NCBI GenBank assembly: GCA_029979505.1
Contig: JAPOHH010000003.1
Coordinates: forward strand, 8,635 to 72,634
Source of the DNA: a bacterium
GTDB lineage: Bacteria > Pseudomonadota > Gammaproteobacteria > GCA-002705445 > GCA-002716945
Direction of reading: 5' to 3'
Length of the DNA stretch: 64,000 nucleotides
Position numbers and translations under genes: made by a program. Every line of letters begins with the position of its first letter. Position 1 is the stretch's first letter. The notes beneath the pieces are model-generated. The model saw nothing but the letters and a program-made list of their open reading frames with translations, made no database searches and was not told where the DNA came from. Shown here piece after piece: positions 63,739-64,000 of the stretch.

Positions 63739-64000
63739 TTAATCAGCTTGCTGTCTTAAAAAAGCTGGTATATCAATAGACGTTTGTTCTTCAGGTTGAA
63801 TGCTATTAACATTCGGTGCTGCGTCTATGTTAGATACAATATTATTATTTACTGTTTGTCCCAGGTTAGTATGCTCGTTTTGATTACTAACAGTATCAGG
63901 ATTAACTTCTTGTGTAGCATTATTTTGAGCAAATCCTGTTGCAATTATAGTTACACGTAAGTCGCCAATATTATCATCTTCTTTTATGCAACCTGTAATT
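63739..64000 (-). CDS. ftsZ: cell division protein FtsZ, C-terminal fragment (gene continues beyond window end)
   Basis: Hand translation of the minus strand gives ...GDLRVTIIATGF-(N/Q-rich linker)-SIQPEEQTSIDIPAFLRQQAD, then tandem stops TAA TAA. IRVTVIATGF and the terminal DIPAFLRKQAD peptide are diagnostic of FtsZ. It is absent from the ORF track because its start lies outside the window. Confidence 0.85.
   Translation of the reverse strand, partial: ITGCIKEDDNIGDLRVTIIATGFAQNNATQEVNPDTVSNQNEHTNLGQTVNNNIVSNIDAAPNVNSIQPEEQTSIDIPAFLRQQAD

Overview
This is a very AT-rich, gene-dense bacterial chromosomal segment with gammaproteobacterial gene order. About 70 protein genes and 2 tRNAs are packed with many 1-30 nt overlaps, mostly on the minus strand. 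Almost everything is core housekeeping, so the window reads as a streamlined chromosome backbone rather than a mobile island. I found no CRISPR array, integrase, transposase or recognisable defense system.

Gene content, in order:
- UMF1-type MFS transporter, tRNA-Ser next to serS, ftsK, then trxB divergent from ftsK.
- hom-thrC, surE-pcm, a pseudouridine synthase, mog, scpBA and trpS.
- bolA, rimI, a family-4 uracil-DNA glycosylase, then leuA-pssA-ilvC-ilvH-ilvI.
- A sulfur-handling neighbourhood (22.2-28.7 kb): tusA-like, an M48/TPR peptidase, soxX-soxY-soxZ-soxA, a lipoprotein, an alpha/beta hydrolase, tRNA-Lys and a YeeE/YedE transporter.
- queC-queE, ruvC-yebC-nadA-aspS, two adjacent monoheme c4-type cytochromes, and rluD-pgeF run together with an RND efflux pair.
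- bamD, nadE, coaE-zapD, a Nudix/ThiE-like fusion, argJ, secA and a DUF721 (DciA-like) gene.
- An almost complete dcw cell-wall/division cluster: lpxC, ftsA, ftsQ, ddl, murB, murC, murG, ftsW, murD, mraY, murF, murE, ftsI.

The most notable observation is a rearranged dcw cluster. ftsZ is absent from its canonical ftsA-lpxC position, where only a 63-bp spacer remains. An unmistakable FtsZ C-terminus (...IDIPAFLRQQAD*) is instead encoded at the very end of the window, immediately upstream of ftsI, and ftsL is missing there.

Other points worth follow-up:
- A sox cluster with monoheme SoxA and no soxB/CD, plus an uncharacterised lipoprotein fused to its 3' end.
- A c4 cytochrome split into two genes with a 4-nt overlap.
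- A hydrolase ORF with no ATG start abutting tRNA-Lys.
- Two perfect or near-perfect palindromic candidate operators.

The soxXYZA, YeeE and c4-cytochrome content suggests a low-GC sulfur-oxidising gammaproteobacterium, but the organism identity is inference only.
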